This document shows positions 16,563-26,899 of a stretch of DNA of 31,147 bases, one piece after another; the first letter of the stretch is position 1, and each line of letters starts with the position of its first letter. The notes under the pieces were generated by a model that worked only from the letters and a program-made list of their open reading frames with translations, ran no database searches and was not told the origin of the DNA. The position numbers and the translations under genes are program-made. Source of the stretch: a virus (taxonomy: Duplodnaviria > Heunggongvirae > Uroviricota > Caudoviricetes); IMG/VR virus record IMGVR_UViG_2671180864_000006; one strand, 5' to 3'.

Positions 16563-17399
16563 ATGGCTAATGAAAAAAAGACATCCCGCAAAAAGTTTCG
16601 CGTGGCTGTCTCCGGATCAACTGTTGATGGCCGTGAAATCAGTCCGGTGCATCTGCGTGAAGCCGCCGAGAACTTCAACCCGGATGTTTACGCTGCCCGC
16701 GTGAACGTTGAGCACTATCTCTCGCCATGCCCGTCAAGCGAATTTTCCGCAATGGGCGATGTCACCGCACTGAGTACGGAAGACATTACGGAAGGTCCGC
16801 TGGCCGGACGTACTGCGCTGTATGCAGAAATCGAACCGACCGAGCGCATGAAGCAGCTTGTCGCGGACGGCAAGAAAATCTATTCCAGTATCGAACTGCA
16901 CCCGCAGTTCTCCGTTAACGGGCGCGCCTATCTGGTCGGGCTGGCGATGACCGACACCCCGGCAAGCCTGGGCACTGAGCGCCTGAAATTCACGGCACAG
17001 CAACGTCAGGCGGTGATGACGTTCAACAGTATCCAGGGTGAAGCACCGCTTATCTCCGAAGCCATCGAGTCTGAAATCATCGAAATGGCAGAACAACGCC
17101 AGGAAGAAGGCACCCAGTGGTTTAACCGCGTAATGGGGATTATTGGTCGTGGCCGCAAAGCGGATGACGCCAGTTTCTCCCGTATTCAGGAAGCGGTGGA
17201 AAGCGTCGCAACGTCACAGGCCGACATTATCGACCGTTTTAATGCGCTGGAAACACGCCATCAGCAGGACAGCCAGAAAATCACTTTACTGACCACGGAG
17301 CTGACAGCACTGAAGGAAAAACTGCGCACGCAGGACGGCGATCCGCAGAACCGGTTCACCGCAACGGGCGCAGCCTCCGACCAGCTGGCTGACTTCTGA
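16563..17399 (+). CDS. O: Capsid scaffolding protein, P2 gpO-like
   Basis: 278 aa from the ATG at 16563 (MANEKKTSRKKF...), preceded by a GAGGGG RBS; position and size match gpO. Confidence 0.8.
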   Translation: MANEKKTSRKKFRVAVSGSTVDGREISPVHLREAAENFNPDVYAARVNVEHYLSPCPSSEFSAMGDVTALSTEDITEGPLAGRTALYAEIEPTERMKQLVADGKKIYSSIELHPQFSVNGRAYLVGLAMTDTPASLGTERLKFTAQQRQAVMTFNSIQGEAPLISEAIESEIIEMAEQRQEEGTQWFNRVMGIIGRGRKADDASFSRIQEAVESVATSQADIIDRFNALETRHQQDSQKITLLTTELTALKEKLRTQDGDPQNRFTATGAASDQLADF

Positions 17400-17422
17400 T
17401 AAGACAAAGGAGCAAATTTTTT

Positions 17423-18475
17423 ATGAATCTGGTGATGTCAGATATTACCCGCAACAAGCTGGGTTGCTATATGGCGCAGCAGGCGTCGCTTAACAATATC
17501 CCGGTTTCTGCACTGGTATCGCGATTTACCGTGGAACCTGCGGTGCAGCAACGTTTTGAAAACGCCTCAAAGGATAGCACCGAACTTACAAAAAAAATTA
17601 ACGTGATCGGCGTGACCGACCAGAAAGGCGAAAAAATCCTCCTGGACACCACAGGACCGATTGCACGCACAAATACCAGTTATGACGGAACAAAACGCCG
17701 TAACCCGAATAACGTGGTTGATCTGAAAAACCGCAAATACCAGTGCGAACAGGTGAACTACGACACGTTTATTTCGTATCCGCAGCTTGATGCCTGGTCG
17801 GCACACAGCGATTTTCAGTCCCGCATCAGCGCACAGATTGCCCGACAGGTGGCACTTGACCGCATCATGATCGGTTTCAACGGCACATCTCACGCGGATG
17901 AGTCCAACTTCAGCACCAACAAGCTGCTTCAGGACGTTAACGTGGGGTGGCTGGAGCACATCAGAACCAATGCCAGCGAGCGCGTAATGAATGACGTGAC
18001 GCTGACTTCCCGCAACATGGACAACACCGTGGCGCACGCGGGTAAATACGCGAACCCTGATGCACTGGTACAGGACGCGCGCTCATCTCTGCTGGATGAA
18101 TGGCACAAGGAAGCTGACGACCTCGTGGTGATTATGGGGCGCAACCTGTTTAACTCGCTGCGTCTGCCAGTGCTGAACAGCATCAGCGGCCAGAATCCCA
18201 ATGCGGAATTACTTGCCGGGCAGCTCATCCTGTCATCGCGCACCATTGGCGGGCTGGGTGTGTTCCTTGCACCGTTCTTCCCGGATGCAACGATGCTGAT
18301 CACCTCATTCAACAACCTGTCGATTTACTGGCAGAAAGGTTCAATGCGTCGTCTGATGAAAGACGAACCGGAATACAACCGCATCGCCACCTACCAGTCC
18401 ATCAATGACGCTTATGTCGTTGAAGACTATGGCAAGTGCGCGATGGTCACTGGCCTGAAGTTCGCCGACAGCTAA
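17423..18475 (+). CDS. N: Major capsid protein, P2 gpN-like
   Basis: 350-aa ORF with AAGGAG RBS; position and size match gpN. Confidence 0.85.
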   Translation: MNLVMSDITRNKLGCYMAQQASLNNIPVSALVSRFTVEPAVQQRFENASKDSTELTKKINVIGVTDQKGEKILLDTTGPIARTNTSYDGTKRRNPNNVVDLKNRKYQCEQVNYDTFISYPQLDAWSAHSDFQSRISAQIARQVALDRIMIGFNGTSHADESNFSTNKLLQDVNVGWLEHIRTNASERVMNDVTLTSRNMDNTVAHAGKYANPDALVQDARSSLLDEWHKEADDLVVIMGRNLFNSLRLPVLNSISGQNPNAELLAGQLILSSRTIGGLGVFLAPFFPDATMLITSFNNLSIYWQKGSMRRLMKDEPEYNRIATYQSINDAYVVEDYGKCAMVTGLKFADS

Positions 18476-18520
18476 TCAACTCACGGCGGGCATCATGCCC
18501 GCCTGTAACGGAGAGAAAAA

Positions 18521-19321
18521 ATGATTACTCCTGCACAGCAACACTGGCAGAACGTGATGGCACAGCGCGCAGGCCGGGCGAATGAAGGTGTGGACCACGC
18601 CGCGCGTACCGCGCATGAAGAGGTGCTGTATCGTCTGCGTCTGGCACAGGCCCGGCTTAAGGGCGTACAGGCCAGAAGCGCGAAAGCCGACATCAAAAAA
18701 GCGTTGTTGCCGGACTTTTCCGGCTGGATTGAGGGAACGCTGGAGGCTGACGGCGGGCAACAGGACGAAGTGATTGCCACGCTGATGGTGTGGGCGATTG
18801 ACTGCGGCGATCTTCCGCTTGCGCTGCGTATTGGTGCGTATGCGGTCCGTCACAACCTCATCATGCCGGATAACTTTGGCCGTACTGCTGCCACAGTGCT
18901 GACCGAAGAAATCTGCAATCCGGTACTGACGCAGGCCGGGACGGATGCCGACGCGGATTTGTCCGTCTTTATCGAACCACTGGACACACTTTGGGAAATT
19001 GTCGCCAACCAGGATATGCCGGACGAAGTGCGCGCCAAATTATGCAAGGCGTGCGCCTTTGCCCGCCGTGGCCTGAGCGATGCGGACAGCATGGCCTCAT
19101 CACTGAAGCTGCTGCGCGAAGCGATGCATCTGAACCAGAACGCAGGTGTGAAACGCGAGATTGCAACCCTTTCCCGCGCCCTGAAAAAAGCCGATTCCGC
19201 AGCCGCACCAGAAGACGCCAGCGCACAGCAGGCGCAGGACGAAAGCAGCGAAAGTAAAAAGACAACGCGGAAGCCTGCAACACGAAAAACCACCGCGACG
19301 CAGAAGGCGAAGCGCGGTTAA
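18521..19321 (+). CDS. M: Terminase small (endonuclease) subunit, P2 gpM-like
   Basis: 266-aa ORF following N; basic C-terminal tail. Confidence 0.8.
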   Translation: MITPAQQHWQNVMAQRAGRANEGVDHAARTAHEEVLYRLRLAQARLKGVQARSAKADIKKALLPDFSGWIEGTLEADGGQQDEVIATLMVWAIDCGDLPLALRIGAYAVRHNLIMPDNFGRTAATVLTEEICNPVLTQAGTDADADLSVFIEPLDTLWEIVANQDMPDEVRAKLCKACAFARRGLSDADSMASSLKLLREAMHLNQNAGVKREIATLSRALKKADSAAAPEDASAQQAQDESSESKKTTRKPATRKTTATQKAKRG

Positions 19322-19422
19322 CGACTGACCCCGTCAGCGGGCGGCGTGCGCGGTGTTCCGGTTTGGCTCCGTGACCGTTTACACCGCGCACCCACCGCCC
19401 GATTTTTTCAGGAGTGAACCCC

Positions 19423-19917
19423 ATGAGTATGGTTGCCAGAACTGAACCCGGACCCGCAGAGGACGACATCACCGACACCGAAGATGGCGATACCCGTATT
19501 TCAGCGGGTGCATTCTGGCCGGATATTGTGCTGCGCGAGCTGCGTCTGGCGGTACGACTGCCGGGCCGCGTGACCACCTCCCGCCTGCTGCATACCGCCA
19601 CCGGGGCCGTGGCACACGTTACCCGCGAGCTGGAAGCATGGCAGCAGGAACAGCAGGCGGCTGGCCATCAGACGCTGGCCGATGTTCCGGCACCTGTAAT
19701 TAACGGAGAAAGCGTCAATCTCTGGCACTGGCGCAATGCTGTTTATACCGCCACACGCGCCCTGATTCTGGAGCGTTACCGCGATGCGGACACAACGGAC
19801 AAGGGCGACCGCCGGGCGGACGCACTGGATATACAGACATCGGATTTGTGGCGCGATGTGAGCTGGGCCATCTCTGACATTCTGTGCCGCCCGCGAATCT
19901 TTGCGGAGTTGTGCTGA
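19423..19917 (+). CDS. L: Head completion/stabilisation protein, P2 gpL-like
   Basis: Similar to P2 gpL as recalled (LADVPA..., ERYRD..., LWRD... blocks); ATG at 19423 follows a CAGGAG RBS. Confidence 0.8.
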   Translation: MSMVARTEPGPAEDDITDTEDGDTRISAGAFWPDIVLRELRLAVRLPGRVTTSRLLHTATGAVAHVTRELEAWQQEQQAAGHQTLADVPAPVINGESVNLWHWRNAVYTATRALILERYRDADTTDKGDRRADALDIQTSDLWRDVSWAISDILCRPRIFAELC

Positions 19918-20114
19918 TGAAAGTGAAGACACTGGAAGGCGACACCGTGGATTCGCTCTGTTTCCGGTACTACGGCACGACGCAGGGCGTCACCGAAAAG
20001 GTGCTGGATGCCAACCCCGGACTCTGCCGACAGGTATTTCTGGAAGCCGGACAGGAGGTGGAAATGCCGGAGCCGGAGAAGAAAAAACAACGAGAGATGA
20101 TACAGCTATGGTAA
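19917..20114 (+). CDS. X: Tail protein X, P2 gpX-like
   Basis: 65 aa from MKVKTLEGDT; similar to P2 gpX (YYG..G, ANPGL); start overlaps the L stop. Confidence 0.8.
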   Translation: MKVKTLEGDTVDSLCFRYYGTTQGVTEKVLDANPGLCRQVFLEAGQEVEMPEPEKKKQREMIQLW

Positions 20115-20410
20115 CAGGTTTTTTTCAGCGGGTGAGTGACTGGATCACCTTCTGGGCATCAGTCACAGCCACCACAATAGGCGTGATGACCATCAGTGAA
20201 AAAATCGCCCTTGCCGGGTTGTTACTCGGTTCTCTGTCTGCATTACATGCCTGGCGACATCGCCGCCTGATGGAAACCGCCATGCAGCGTCGCAATGAAC
20301 TCATCGCCAGTATCCTGGCGCAGTCAGACGCACGGCCACTTCACGACAGTGAGCGTCAGGCTCTGAACATTCTGCGGGATAACGATACACATGATAAAGC
20401 TGCCCGTTAA
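20108..20410 (+). CDS. Putative holin
   Basis: 100-aa ORF with two hydrophobic helices and a charged C-terminus, immediately upstream of the endolysin. Confidence 0.6.
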   Translation: MVTGFFQRVSDWITFWASVTATTIGVMTISEKIALAGLLLGSLSALHAWRHRRLMETAMQRRNELIASILAQSDARPLHDSERQALNILRDNDTHDKAAR

Positions 20411-20939
20411 ACGTTACGCCGTAGCCGCCATTGTGGCGCTGGGGTTCTCCATTGCCCCTCACAAACTCCGGACCAGCCCGGAAGCGCAAATCCGCATTGC
20501 CACATGGGAGGACTGTCGCGCAACGCCTTACCGGGATATTGCCGGGGTAATGACCGTGGGGTGCGGCTCGACCGGGCATGTGGAAAATCGTCTGTACACC
20601 GAAACGGAAGTCGCCGGGCGCTGGGTTAATGATATGCAACATGCAGAAAACTGCATAAATCAGAACTTCAGCGGCAACGCCATGCCACAGTCCGCGTTTG
20701 AGGCAATGACAGATGCCGCCTTTAATCTTGGATGCAGAAATCTTATGTGGTTCAGGGATAAGAACCGTAACTACCACCGCACCACTATCTGGAAACATGC
20801 ACAGGCGCACAACTGGCCTGACATGTGCAACAGACTGACTGACTTCGTGAACAGCGGCGGCGAACGCTCACAGGGACTGGTTAACCGTCGTACTGATTTT
20901 CGTGCATGGTGCTTACGTGACACCGGAGGCCAGTCATGA
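20391..20939 (+). CDS. Endolysin, likely signal-anchor-release lysozyme
   Basis: 182-aa ORF with an N-terminal hydrophobic segment (YAVAAIVALGFSIA) followed by a lysozyme-like region (TPYRDIAGVMTVGCGSTGH) resembling P21-type SAR endolysins, from memory. Confidence 0.7.
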   Translation: MIKLPVKRYAVAAIVALGFSIAPHKLRTSPEAQIRIATWEDCRATPYRDIAGVMTVGCGSTGHVENRLYTETEVAGRWVNDMQHAENCINQNFSGNAMPQSAFEAMTDAAFNLGCRNLMWFRDKNRNYHRTTIWKHAQAHNWPDMCNRLTDFVNSGGERSQGLVNRRTDFRAWCLRDTGGQS

Positions 20940-21409
20940 AAGTGCGTTACATCCTGATGATGGCACTGACCGTCCTCACGCTGCTGACCATAACACTCTG
21001 GCAGACATTCAGACTGGGGCAGGAAGACGGACACAACCGTTATACACAGGCGCAACTGGACGATTACAGCCGGACCCTGAAAGAGGCCGGCACCATCATC
21101 AGCACCGCATCCGGTGTACTGCGTGACGTCATGACAGCGCGCCAGAACCGACAACAGGAAGGGGAAATCCGACGTGAACAGCTACGCAACGATATCACGA
21201 CAGATGCATGTGCCCGCGCTGTTCCTGACGCTCGCTTTACTGAGCGGTTGCACCAGCACGCAGAACGCGTCCGCGCCGCCGCCGTCGTTCCGTTTCATCC
21301 CGGAAGGGCTGACCGCCCCCGTACTTCCCCCGCCGTTTCCGGTGACGCCATCATGGGGAAACATCGGGATATGGAGCGACAGCCTCATGGACGCACTGGA
21401 AACCTGTAA
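20936..21409 (+). CDS. Inner-membrane spanin (Rz/LysB-like)
   Basis: 157-aa ORF with an N-terminal TM helix (ILMMALTVLTLLTITLW); overlaps the endolysin stop. Confidence 0.6.
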   Translation: MKVRYILMMALTVLTLLTITLWQTFRLGQEDGHNRYTQAQLDDYSRTLKEAGTIISTASGVLRDVMTARQNRQQEGEIRREQLRNDITTDACARAVPDARFTERLHQHAERVRAAAVVPFHPGRADRPRTSPAVSGDAIMGKHRDMERQPHGRTGNL

Positions 21410-21494
21410 CGCCGATAAGCGGGCCATTGAATTACTGGAACAGCGCAGGCTGCAACGACTGAACAACGAGGACAACAACCATGCTGAAAACTGA
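21174..21494 (+). CDS. Outer-membrane lipoprotein spanin (Rz1/LysC-like), overlapping
   Basis: Lipoprotein signal with lipobox (LLSGC) and a Pro-rich mature region; starts in an alternate frame inside the i-spanin gene and extends past it. Confidence 0.6.
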   Translation: MNSYATISRQMHVPALFLTLALLSGCTSTQNASAPPPSFRFIPEGLTAPVLPPPFPVTPSWGNIGIWSDSLMDALETCNADKRAIELLEQRRLQRLNNEDNNHAEN

Positions 21495-21948
21495 TTCCCT
21501 GCGTGAAGCCATGACCCGTTCATGCCGGTGGTGTCATGCCAACCCGGAAAAATTCACCATTTTCGTGGAGAGCGGCAACATTGAAACGACCGGAGAAACC
21601 CCATCGTTTGTTTACCGCTATCAGATAGTGATGTTTGTCATGGATTACGCCGGAGAGCTGGACGACCTCACGCTGCCGCTGCTGGCGTGGTTATCCGAAA
21701 ATCAGCCACAGTTGTTGCTCAATCCGGAGCGTAATCAGGACATCAAATTTTCCGCCGTTATCAATGACGATGACAGCGCCGATCTCCTGTTTACGCTCCC
21801 CCTGCGGGAACGCGTTCGCATCACGCGCAGCAGTCAGGGCACACCGCAGGCAGAACACCTGCCGGAGCCAAAACCCCGCCTGCCCTCTTCCGAAGGCGAC
21901 TGGTCGCATGTATTCCAGGATGTGACGTGGGGGGAAAGCGATGGATAA
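21481..21948 (+). CDS. R: Tail completion protein, P2 gpR-like
   Basis: 155-aa ORF matching gpR size, in the conserved position after the lysis genes. Confidence 0.75.
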   Translation: MLKTDSLREAMTRSCRWCHANPEKFTIFVESGNIETTGETPSFVYRYQIVMFVMDYAGELDDLTLPLLAWLSENQPQLLLNPERNQDIKFSAVINDDDSADLLFTLPLRERVRITRSSQGTPQAEHLPEPKPRLPSSEGDWSHVFQDVTWGESDG

Positions 21949-22576
21949 GGCATTCACCCGCGTGGATGAAACCTTTGAGGCTATCCGCGACAGCCTGAAT
22001 CAGCAGGCCATTAATAACATCGCCAGAAAGCTGGCACAGGATTTACGCCGCGCCCAGCAGGCGCGTATCCGGTCACAGAAAGCGCCGGACGGGACCGCAT
22101 GGACACCACGCAGACGCCGCGTAACCCGGATACAGGAGCGCATTCGCTTTATCTGGAATAACGAAGCACGCACGCTGAAAAACTGGCATCACGACACGGG
22201 GAAATACGGGCGAACCATCACCGGGTGGGATGAGGATAAAAACAATATCCGCACGTTTTACCGGGATGACATCGACCGTTTTCTGGAAATACGCACCCGG
22301 CGCATCAACCAGGACAGCACCAGGCGCGTCTCCATGTTCGTAAAACTGCGCACCGCCCGCTACCTGAAAGCCCGTGCAGATGCTTCCGGTGTGACGGTGG
22401 GTTACAGCGGCGTGGCCGCACGTATTGCACGCGTTCATCAGTTCGGTGAGCGCGATCAGGTTGCGCCGGGCATTTTCACCGATTACCCGGTACGTGAGCT
22501 GCTGGGTATCAGCCAGGCAGATGAGCGCCTGATTTATAACACGGTGCTGGGCCGGATTGCGGAGGCTGTACGATGA
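21941..22576 (+). CDS. S: Tail completion/virion morphogenesis protein, P2 gpS-like
   Basis: 211-aa ORF overlapping the R stop; positional homologue of gpS. Confidence 0.7.
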   Translation: MDKAFTRVDETFEAIRDSLNQQAINNIARKLAQDLRRAQQARIRSQKAPDGTAWTPRRRRVTRIQERIRFIWNNEARTLKNWHHDTGKYGRTITGWDEDKNNIRTFYRDDIDRFLEIRTRRINQDSTRRVSMFVKLRTARYLKARADASGVTVGYSGVAARIARVHQFGERDQVAPGIFTDYPVRELLGISQADERLIYNTVLGRIAEAVR

Positions 22577-23154
22577 GCGCAGAACTCATGCGACTGCTGA
22601 GCAATATCATCCGCACCGGGATCATCTCTGAAGTTGATGAGGAATCCTGGTGCGTGCGCGTTCGCAGCGGCGAACTGGAAACAGGCTGGCTGCGCTGGAA
22701 CACCACGCGCGCGGGAGACTTCAACGTGTGGTTTCCGCCATCACCAGGCGAACAGGTGGCAATTGCCTGCATCGGCGGCAACCCGGAAACCGCCATGATA
22801 ATCGGCAGCCTGTGGAGTGATGCCATTCCGGCACCCGGCAAAAGCCTGAAAGAAATCGTGGTCAGCGCGCCGGACGGCGCGGTGTTCCGCTACGACGCGG
22901 ACGCAGGCGCACTGAGCGCAAGCGGCATGAAAACGGCCACTTTGCAGGCATCCATCAGCGTGACACTGAACACGCCTGTCGTGGAATGCACAGACCTTCT
23001 GAGAACAGCGACGCTTGACGTCACAAAAGGGGGAACGATGAGCGGCAATATCACGCACAGCGGCGGCGATTTCACCTCAAACGGCATCACAGTGCATACG
23101 CATAAGCACGGTGGCGTTAAAGGTGGCAGCGATTCGACAGGAGGCCCGCAGTGA
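22573..23154 (+). CDS. V: Baseplate spike protein, P2 gpV-like
   Basis: 193-aa ORF; position and size match gpV. Confidence 0.8.
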   Translation: MSAELMRLLSNIIRTGIISEVDEESWCVRVRSGELETGWLRWNTTRAGDFNVWFPPSPGEQVAIACIGGNPETAMIIGSLWSDAIPAPGKSLKEIVVSAPDGAVFRYDADAGALSASGMKTATLQASISVTLNTPVVECTDLLRTATLDVTKGGTMSGNITHSGGDFTSNGITVHTHKHGGVKGGSDSTGGPQ

Positions 23155-23501
23155 CAACCCGCTACACAGGAATGAACCCGGACGGGACGGGAAACCTGAA
23201 CGATATGGCGCACCTGAAACAGTCAGTCAGGGACATCCTGACCACCCCGCTGGCAAGCCGGGTTATGCGACGGGAATATGGCAGCCTTGTGCCTGATTTG
23301 ATTGACGAACCCATGAATAACACCACGCGTCTGCAATGCATGAGTGCTACCGTGATTGCACTGACACGATGGGAACCACGCATTGCCCTGAACGCCATCG
23401 ACGTTGTCTGGAAGGCAGGAGGCCACGCCGGGGTGACGCTGTCGGGCACTGTCATGCAGACCATGCAGAATGTTGAATTAACCATCACGCTGAGGGAGTA
23501 A
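23151..23501 (+). CDS. W: Baseplate wedge protein, P2 gpW-like
   Basis: 116-aa ORF matching gpW size; start overlaps the V stop. Confidence 0.8.
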   Translation: MTTRYTGMNPDGTGNLNDMAHLKQSVRDILTTPLASRVMRREYGSLVPDLIDEPMNNTTRLQCMSATVIALTRWEPRIALNAIDVVWKAGGHAGVTLSGTVMQTMQNVELTITLRE

Positions 23502-23504
23502 ATC

Positions 23505-24401
23505 ATGCCTGCCGTTGACCTTTCCCAGTTACCGGAACCCGCCATCATCGCGGAGCCTGACTTTGAGGCAATTCTGGCTGACACAAAGGCCATGATGATT
23601 GCAGCTTATCCCGCCGAACAGCGTGAAGTCGTCTCCGCCGCACTGGAACTGGAATCGGAACCCCTGAACGTTATCGCTCAAACCATGTCGTTTCGTGAAA
23701 TGCTGTTACGCCAGCGGGTCAATGAGGCCGCACGCGCCTGCATGTTGAGCCACAGCGCCGGAACAGACCTGGACAACCTCGCGGGCAATATGAACACAAA
23801 GCGCCTGGTTATCACTCCGGCAACGGATACCACCGACGTGGTGATGGAGAACGACACCTCGCTGAGACTGCGGGCGCAGCGGGCGTATGACGGCCTGAGT
23901 GTTGCAGGCCCGTCAGGCGCATACGAGTATTTTGCCCGCAGCGCCAGCGGTCTGGTGCGCGATGCGCGGGCCATCAGTCCGTCTCCGGCAAATGTGACGG
24001 TTTCCATCCTGTCCACTGAGGGCGACGGCACAGCAACGGAGGCGTTGCTTAATACCGTTCGCGCCGTTCTGAATGCAGAGGATACCCGCCCGGTGGCCGA
24101 CCGCCTGACCGTACAGAGTGCCAGAATCGTGACATGGCGGCTGAATGCAAAACTGTACTTTTACCCCGGTCCGGAATCCGAACCTATTCTGGCTGCGGCT
24201 GAATCGTCGTTCAGGAAGTGGCTGGCTGAGCAGGGGCTTATCGGTCAGGACGTGGCGTTGTCCGCCATTGCTGCCGCACTGCATGTGCACGGTGTGCAAC
24301 GCGTGGAGATAATCGAACCCACACAGAATATGGCCATCAGCGACATACAGGCGGCGCGCTGTGAGTCATTCACCATCAGCGAAGGTGGGCGTAATGAGTA
24401 A
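23505..24401 (+). CDS. J: Baseplate protein, P2 gpJ-like
   Basis: 298-aa ORF in the conserved V-W-J-I order. Confidence 0.85.
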   Translation: MPAVDLSQLPEPAIIAEPDFEAILADTKAMMIAAYPAEQREVVSAALELESEPLNVIAQTMSFREMLLRQRVNEAARACMLSHSAGTDLDNLAGNMNTKRLVITPATDTTDVVMENDTSLRLRAQRAYDGLSVAGPSGAYEYFARSASGLVRDARAISPSPANVTVSILSTEGDGTATEALLNTVRAVLNAEDTRPVADRLTVQSARIVTWRLNAKLYFYPGPESEPILAAAESSFRKWLAEQGLIGQDVALSAIAAALHVHGVQRVEIIEPTQNMAISDIQAARCESFTISEGGRNE

Positions 24402-24924
24402 TTCACTGTTACCACCATCAGCCAGCAATTTCATGCGTTGTGCCGAAGCCGTCGGAACACGCATTACAGACATTCCGGCAGACCTCAACACGCTGTGGTC
24501 GCCGGACACCTGCCCGGTGCATCTGCTGCCTTATCTCGCCTGGGCGTTTTCCGTTGACCGCTGGGATCGCAACTGGCCGGAAGAGACAAAGCGACAGGTG
24601 ATTCGTGATGCATGGCTGATACACCGACACAAAGGAACCATCAGCGCCCTGCGACGGGCCATTGAGCCGCTGGGATACCTCATTCGCGTGTCTGAGTGGT
24701 GGGAGTTCAACGGCGAACCCGGAACATTCAAGATTGATGTTGGCACGCTGGACAGTGGCGTGACGGAGGAAATGTATCTGGAAATGGAGCGGTTGATTGC
24801 TGATGCCCGCCCGGTCAGCCGCCACATGACAGGGCTGAATATCATTCAGGAGATTCAGGGAGATATTTTCGCGGCAGCAGCAACTTACGACGGTGAAGTC
24901 ATTACCATTTATCCGGACGATTAA
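24394..24924 (+). CDS. I: Baseplate/tail protein, P2 gpI-like
   Basis: 176 aa from the internal ATG at 24394 (MSNSLLPP...), overlapping the J stop. Confidence 0.8.
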   Translation: MSNSLLPPSASNFMRCAEAVGTRITDIPADLNTLWSPDTCPVHLLPYLAWAFSVDRWDRNWPEETKRQVIRDAWLIHRHKGTISALRRAIEPLGYLIRVSEWWEFNGEPGTFKIDVGTLDSGVTEEMYLEMERLIADARPVSRHMTGLNIIQEIQGDIFAAAATYDGEVITIYPDD

Positions 24925-24926
24925 GC

Positions 24927-26897
24927 ATGAGTACCACAACACGAAAATTTAAAACCATTATCACCGATACGGGTGCAAAAAAATTAGCGCAGGCAACCGC
25001 GCCAGATGGGAAACCTGTCCGCCTGACACATATGGCCGTGGGTGACGGCGGCGGTACTTTACCCACGCCAGACAGTAAGCAGACCCGTCTTGTGCATGAG
25101 GTGTGGCGACATACCGTTAATCGCGTCACCCTGGACGCAACACATCAGAACCACATTATTGCGGAGCTGGTTATTCCTCCTGAAACGGGCGGATTCTGGA
25201 TCCGGGAAATTGGTGTGTTTGATGAGCACGGCGATTTGATCGCGGTAGGCAATACTGCCGAAAGTTACAAGCCAACCGTTGCCGAAGGATCCGGACGTGC
25301 ACAAACATTTCGCACCATTCTGACCGTATCCAGCACTGCCACTGTGGCGCTTACCGTGGATAACACCATGGTGATGGCCACAGTGAATTACGTGGATGAC
25401 AAACTGAAAGAGCATGAACAGTCACGACGTCACCCGGACGCCTCGCTGACCGCAAAAGGCCTTGTCCAGCTCAGCAACGCCACCAACAGCACGTCTGAAA
25501 CGCTGGCAGCGACACCAAAAGCCGTTAAGGCAGTAATGGATGAAACGAACAAGAAAGCCCCATTAAACAGCCCGGCACTGACCGGAACGCCAACAACACC
25601 AACTGCGCGACAGGGAACGAATAATACCCAAATCGCAAGCACGGCTTTCGTTATGGCTGCGATTGCCGCACTTGTAGACTCTTCGCCTGATGCACTGAAC
25701 ACACTGAACGAGCTGGCGGCGGCGCTGGGCAACGACCCGAATTTTGCGACCACCATGACTAACGCGCTTGCGGGTAAGCAACCGAAAGATGCCACTCTGA
25801 CGGCGCTGGCGGGGCTTGCTACTGCGGCAGACAGGTTTCCGTATTTTACGGGGAATGATGTCGCCAGCCTGGCAACCCTGACAAAAGTCGGGCGGGATAT
25901 TCTTGCGAAATCGACCGTTGCCGCCGTTATCGAATACCTCGGTTTACAGGAAACGGTAAATCAGGCTTCTGGCGCATTACAGAAAAACCAGAACGGCGCA
26001 GATATTCCGGGGAAAGATACCTTCACCAAAAATATTGGTGCCTGCCGCGCATATAGCTCATGGCTGAATATTGGTGGCGATAGTCAGGTCTGGACAACCG
26101 CGCAATTTATTTCGTGGCTGGAGAGTCAGGGAGCATTTAACCATCCTTACTGGATGTGCAAAGGCTCATGGGCTTATGCAAATAATAAGGTCATTACAGA
26201 TACAGGTTGCGGAAATATTTGTCTTGCAGGTGCTGTGGTGGAAGTTATTGGCACTCGCGGCGCAATGACCATACGCGTTACCACGCCGAGCACGTCCAGC
26301 GGTGGCGGAATTACTAACGCTCAATTCACTTATATTAATCATGGTGATGCTTACGCTCCTGGCTGGCGACGAGACTACAACACGAAAAATCAACAACCTG
26401 CATTTGCTTTAGGGCAAACAGGAAGCACTGTCGGAAATGATAAAGCTGTTGGCTGGAACTGGAATAGCGGGGTCTATAACGCAAACATTGGTGGCGCATC
26501 GACATTAATCCTCCACTTCAATATGAATACGGGGAGCTGCCCTGCTGTACAGTTCCGCGTGAATTACAGGAACGGCGGTATTTTTTATCGTTCAGCGCGT
26601 GATGGTTATGGCTTTGAAGCTGACTGGTCAGAGTTTTACACCACAACCCGCAAACCCTCTGCGGGAGATGTTGGTGCATATACGCAGGCAGAATGTAACT
26701 CAAGGTTTATTACAGGTATTCGCCTTGGTGGTCTGTTATCTGTTCAGACATGGAATGGTCCCGGATGGTCTGACAGGTCAGGTTATGTTGTTACCGGTTC
26801 CGTTAACTCAAACAGAGATGAACTAATTGATACAACTCAGGCAAGGCCAATTCAGTATTGCATTAATGGGACGTGGTATAACGCGGGGAGTATTTAA
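24927..26897 (+). CDS. H: Tail fibre protein, P2 gpH-like, with a currently joined variable C-terminal module
   Basis: 656-aa ORF whose N-terminal region is of the P2 gpH type; the C-terminal part downstream of an internal crossover site (25927-25952) resembles the other variable cassettes in this window. Confidence 0.88.
   Translation: MSTTTRKFKTIITDTGAKKLAQATAPDGKPVRLTHMAVGDGGGTLPTPDSKQTRLVHEVWRHTVNRVTLDATHQNHIIAELVIPPETGGFWIREIGVFDEHGDLIAVGNTAESYKPTVAEGSGRAQTFRTILTVSSTATVALTVDNTMVMATVNYVDDKLKEHEQSRRHPDASLTAKGLVQLSNATNSTSETLAATPKAVKAVMDETNKKAPLNSPALTGTPTTPTARQGTNNTQIASTAFVMAAIAALVDSSPDALNTLNELAAALGNDPNFATTMTNALAGKQPKDATLTALAGLATAADRFPYFTGNDVASLATLTKVGRDILAKSTVAAVIEYLGLQETVNQASGALQKNQNGADIPGKDTFTKNIGACRAYSSWLNIGGDSQVWTTAQFISWLESQGAFNHPYWMCKGSWAYANNKVITDTGCGNICLAGAVVEVIGTRGAMTIRVTTPSTSSGGGITNAQFTYINHGDAYAPGWRRDYNTKNQQPAFALGQTGSTVGNDKAVGWNWNSGVYNANIGGASTLILHFNMNTGSCPAVQFRVNYRNGGIFYRSARDGYGFEADWSEFYTTTRKPSAGDVGAYTQAECNSRFITGIRLGGLLSVQTWNGPGWSDRSGYVVTGSVNSNRDELIDTTQARPIQYCINGTWYNAGSI
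25927..25952. promoter_or_regulatory. Crossover site A (gix/pix-like) inside H
   Basis: TTATCGAATACCTCGGTTTACAGGAA, 23/26 identical to the Mu gixL sequence as recalled; encodes IEYLGLQE at the constant/variable junction. Confidence 0.6.
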
Positions 26898-26899
26898 CG

